32,000 nucleotides of DNA from Bacilli bacterium (lineage in GTDB: Bacteria; Bacillota_I; Bacilli_A; RF39; UBA660), in the NCBI GenBank assembly GCA_017459425.1, contig JAFUCZ010000024.1, forward strand, positions 9,672 to 41,671, in the 5' to 3' direction. This document shows positions 30,031 through 32,000 of this stretch, one piece after another. Both the position numbers and the translations under genes were made by a program. Position 1 is the first letter of the stretch. Each line of letters starts with the position of its first letter. Under the pieces are notes generated by a model that made no database searches, was not told where the DNA came from, and was given only the letters and a program-made list of their open reading frames with translations.

Positions 30031-30954
30031 TTAAATTTTTTTAATTTCCGTTCCTTGATAATAATATTTTAATATTTCATCATATTTATATCCACGCTTT
30101 GCCATTGCTAGTGCACCATATTGACTCATTCCAACTCCATGTCCAAATCCTTTTGTATAAACATTAATTGTATTATTATTTTGTTCAATACTAAAAAAAG
30201 TAGATCTTAAATTTAATGCACTATAAACTTCACTACCGCTAAATTCACGTTCATTTATTTTTATTCTTTTTATTCTACCGGTACTTGTTGTTTCTAATAC
30301 CTTAGTTGTAACTTTATTATTATTTTTTAATCCAAGTATATTTAAAAATTCATTTAAAGAAAATGTGTATGAATCATTAAATACAGGCGATACTTCTTCA
30401 TCCCATTTAGAATCAACACTTACTAAATATGGAAGTGCTGTTGAAAAAATTTCTTCGCTATTCTCTGTTTTACCGGTACTTGTTGAAAAAAATAGTGTTT
30501 GAGCAATTTTATTATCATAACTTAAATATTGACCTCTTGTGGAATTAACAGCTTCTTTTAGTTTATTAATATTTTCTATATAATTATTACTAAATTTTTC
30601 TTTTAATTCGTTTTGATCTAAATAAACCTGATTTAATACAGTATCTACTACGTCATATTCTTTTTCTTGATTTGTTTCTATCTCTTTTAACACATAACTT
30701 CTTGCAGCTACAGCTTGCGATTTCAAAGCCTCAATATCAAATTCAATTGGCATTTCACCAGCTAATACACCCATTACATATTCTTCTAAAGGAACTTCTT
30801 CTATTTTATCTTTACTTACTCTTTTTACTCGAACCTTTAGGTTGTCCACATAATAAAATCTTAAATCAGCAATTTTTTCTTCAGTAGCTAAAGAAGATAC
30901 AACTAAATAAGGAATTACAATTATTGATAGTATTGCGATTAAAAGTTTTTTCAT
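30031..30954 (-). CDS. spoIID: Stage II sporulation protein D (SpoIID lytic transglycosylase)
   Basis: ALKSQAVAARSYVL, NQVY, the TLFFSTSTGKTENSEE region and GHGVGMSQYGALAMAKRGYKYDEILKYYYQG are the conserved SpoIID blocks. An N-terminal signal/anchor is present. Confidence 0.9.
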   Translation of the reverse strand: MKKLLIAILSIIVIPYLVVSSLATEEKIADLRFYYVDNLKVRVKRVSKDKIEEVPLEEYVMGVLAGEMPIEFDIEALKSQAVAARSYVLKEIETNQEKEYDVVDTVLNQVYLDQNELKEKFSNNYIENINKLKEAVNSTRGQYLSYDNKIAQTLFFSTSTGKTENSEEIFSTALPYLVSVDSKWDEEVSPVFNDSYTFSLNEFLNILGLKNNNKVTTKVLETTSTGRIKRIKINEREFSGSEVYSALNLRSTFFSIEQNNNTINVYTKGFGHGVGMSQYGALAMAKRGYKYDEILKYYYQGTEIKKI

Positions 30955-31093
30955 ATTTTCACTCTTTCCACTATATATTATTCACATTTTTTAATATTAT
31001 AAATAAAAAAATCATAAAAAAATGTCGTATTTTAAGTTTTTAAGCAGGTAAAAGTATCATCAAAATTTAATTATATAAATAGGAGATGATAAT

Positions 31094-32000
31094 ATGAATT
31101 TAATAAAACAAAAAATAACTAATAGTTATTTAGAAGAAATGCAAAAAAAACGTCCCATGGTTAAACTTACATTTGATGTTATGTTAAAATCATTCTTCGC
31201 TCGCAATGTTCTTGCCTATAAGCGTTTTTTAAATAGTGTTGCTCATCTAAATATCCAAATTGATGAAATGAATCTAACGAATAAAAATACTGAATTACCC
31301 CTATATAATTTTAGAGAATACAGTAAAAGAGTTGATTTTTATACTGATATTAATGGAAATATATTTATAAATTTAGAATTAAATAATGCATTATTTAAAA
31401 ATTTAAAATTTAGAAACCGAATATATCAAAGTAAAAAAATCAGTTTACTTTTAAAAAGAGGGGCAAAGAAAAAAGATATAGAAAAATTAGAAAAAATACA
31501 AAATATACAATTAAATTTAAATGTTAAAGATAAAAGTAGTAATTTAGGTGAAGATATTGTTGTTCCATACAGTATTGTTACTGACACAATTTATCTAAAC
31601 AACGAAAAAACATACATAAGATATCTTGATTATTATAGAAATTTATATTATAATGGTAACATAGAATTAACTGAAGCCGATTATTGGCTTGCACTGCTTA
31701 CATCTGAAAATTACATAGAATTAAATGAAATTCTAAGTAAATTCGTTGATGATGATTTTAGAGAAGAAATAGTTAGGGATGTGATTGCCTTGAGTAATGA
31801 TGAAAATATTTTTGACATTTATGATGGTATAGTTGGAGACATGCTTGTAGAAGCATCAATAGAACGAGATAGAGAAGAAGAAAAAAAACAATTTCAAAAA
31901 GAAGTAGATGAAGCATTAAAAGTGTTGAAAGAAAAAAACGATGAATTGAAAGAAAAAAGCGACGAATTGAAAGAAAAAAAAGATGAATTGAAAGAAAAAA
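31094..32000 (+). CDS. Rpn-family / PD-(D/E)xK nuclease-like protein, paralog class of 11183-12247; the 3' end lies beyond the window
   Basis: AGGAG RBS at 31081-31085. RVDFYTDINGNIFINLELNNA parallels RCDLVAQIDDSIINLEVNNN of the other copy. The C-terminal part enters a KEKxDEL heptad repeat. Confidence 0.5.
   Translation, partial: MNLIKQKITNSYLEEMQKKRPMVKLTFDVMLKSFFARNVLAYKRFLNSVAHLNIQIDEMNLTNKNTELPLYNFREYSKRVDFYTDINGNIFINLELNNALFKNLKFRNRIYQSKKISLLLKRGAKKKDIEKLEKIQNIQLNLNVKDKSSNLGEDIVVPYSIVTDTIYLNNEKTYIRYLDYYRNLYYNGNIELTEADYWLALLTSENYIELNEILSKFVDDDFREEIVRDVIALSNDENIFDIYDGIVGDMLVEASIERDREEEKKQFQKEVDEALKVLKEKNDELKEKSDELKEKKDELKEK
31925..32000 (+). repeat. In-frame 21-nt tandem repeat (at least 3.6 units, truncated by the window edge)
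   Basis: ttgaaagaaaaaaacgatgaa / ttgaaagaaaaaagcgacgaa / ttgaaagaaaaaaaagatgaa / ttgaaagaaaaaa..., encoding (LKEK-N/S/K-DE)n. Confidence 0.85.

Noticed and set aside
11183-32000. The two Rpn-family genes as the ends of a composite transposon carrying the DGR
   Set aside because: I found no terminal inverted or long direct nucleotide repeats at the two genes, and their proteins are diverged. Core genes (tagO, mreB/mbl, spoIIID, spoIID) lie between them. The actual island edges look closer to about 13.4 kb and about 27.9 kb.

Overview
The window is visibly very AT-rich and comes from an endospore-forming Firmicute (cotJ, spoIID, spoIIQ-like, spoIIID and mreB/mbl are present). Most of it is ordinary chromosome: phosphoketolase, a DHH phosphoesterase, Fic, tRNA-His, cotJ genes, XRE regulators, a methyltransferase, typA, a thermonuclease, tagO/wecA and sporulation genes. 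The region about 13.4-27.9 kb (minus strand) is accessory and holds the main result, a complete diversity-generating retroelement (DGR). It has a reverse transcriptase with the DGR-type IGNLSSQ and YMDD motifs (16925-17992) and an overlapping Avd-like four-helix-bundle gene (17970-18335). A small MutS-domain-I-like accessory gene follows (18322-18672), then a structured non-coding spacer. The template repeat lies at 18897-19010, with two variable repeats at 19520-19633 and 21317-21430. By my hand alignment, all 30 TR/VR mismatches fall on template adenines of the coding strand. The two diversified targets are adjacent surface proteins (19443-20840 and 20853-24005) that share a near-identical module of about 1.08 kb. 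VR2 is internal to its protein rather than C-terminal. Several aspects look unusual. An SF1 helicase with a DUF2726-like nuclease domain sits directly downstream of the RT. A microhomology deletion scar of a second helicase copy and a decayed toxin-antitoxin pair lie nearby. A second MutS-I-like ORF sits between the targets and the TR. The DGR is also linked to a SipW-type signal peptidase / secreted-subunit locus (24230-27837), whose major subunit shares an N-terminal TVAY(A/S)AL motif with the large DGR target. All domain calls come from motifs read by eye; no database search was run.
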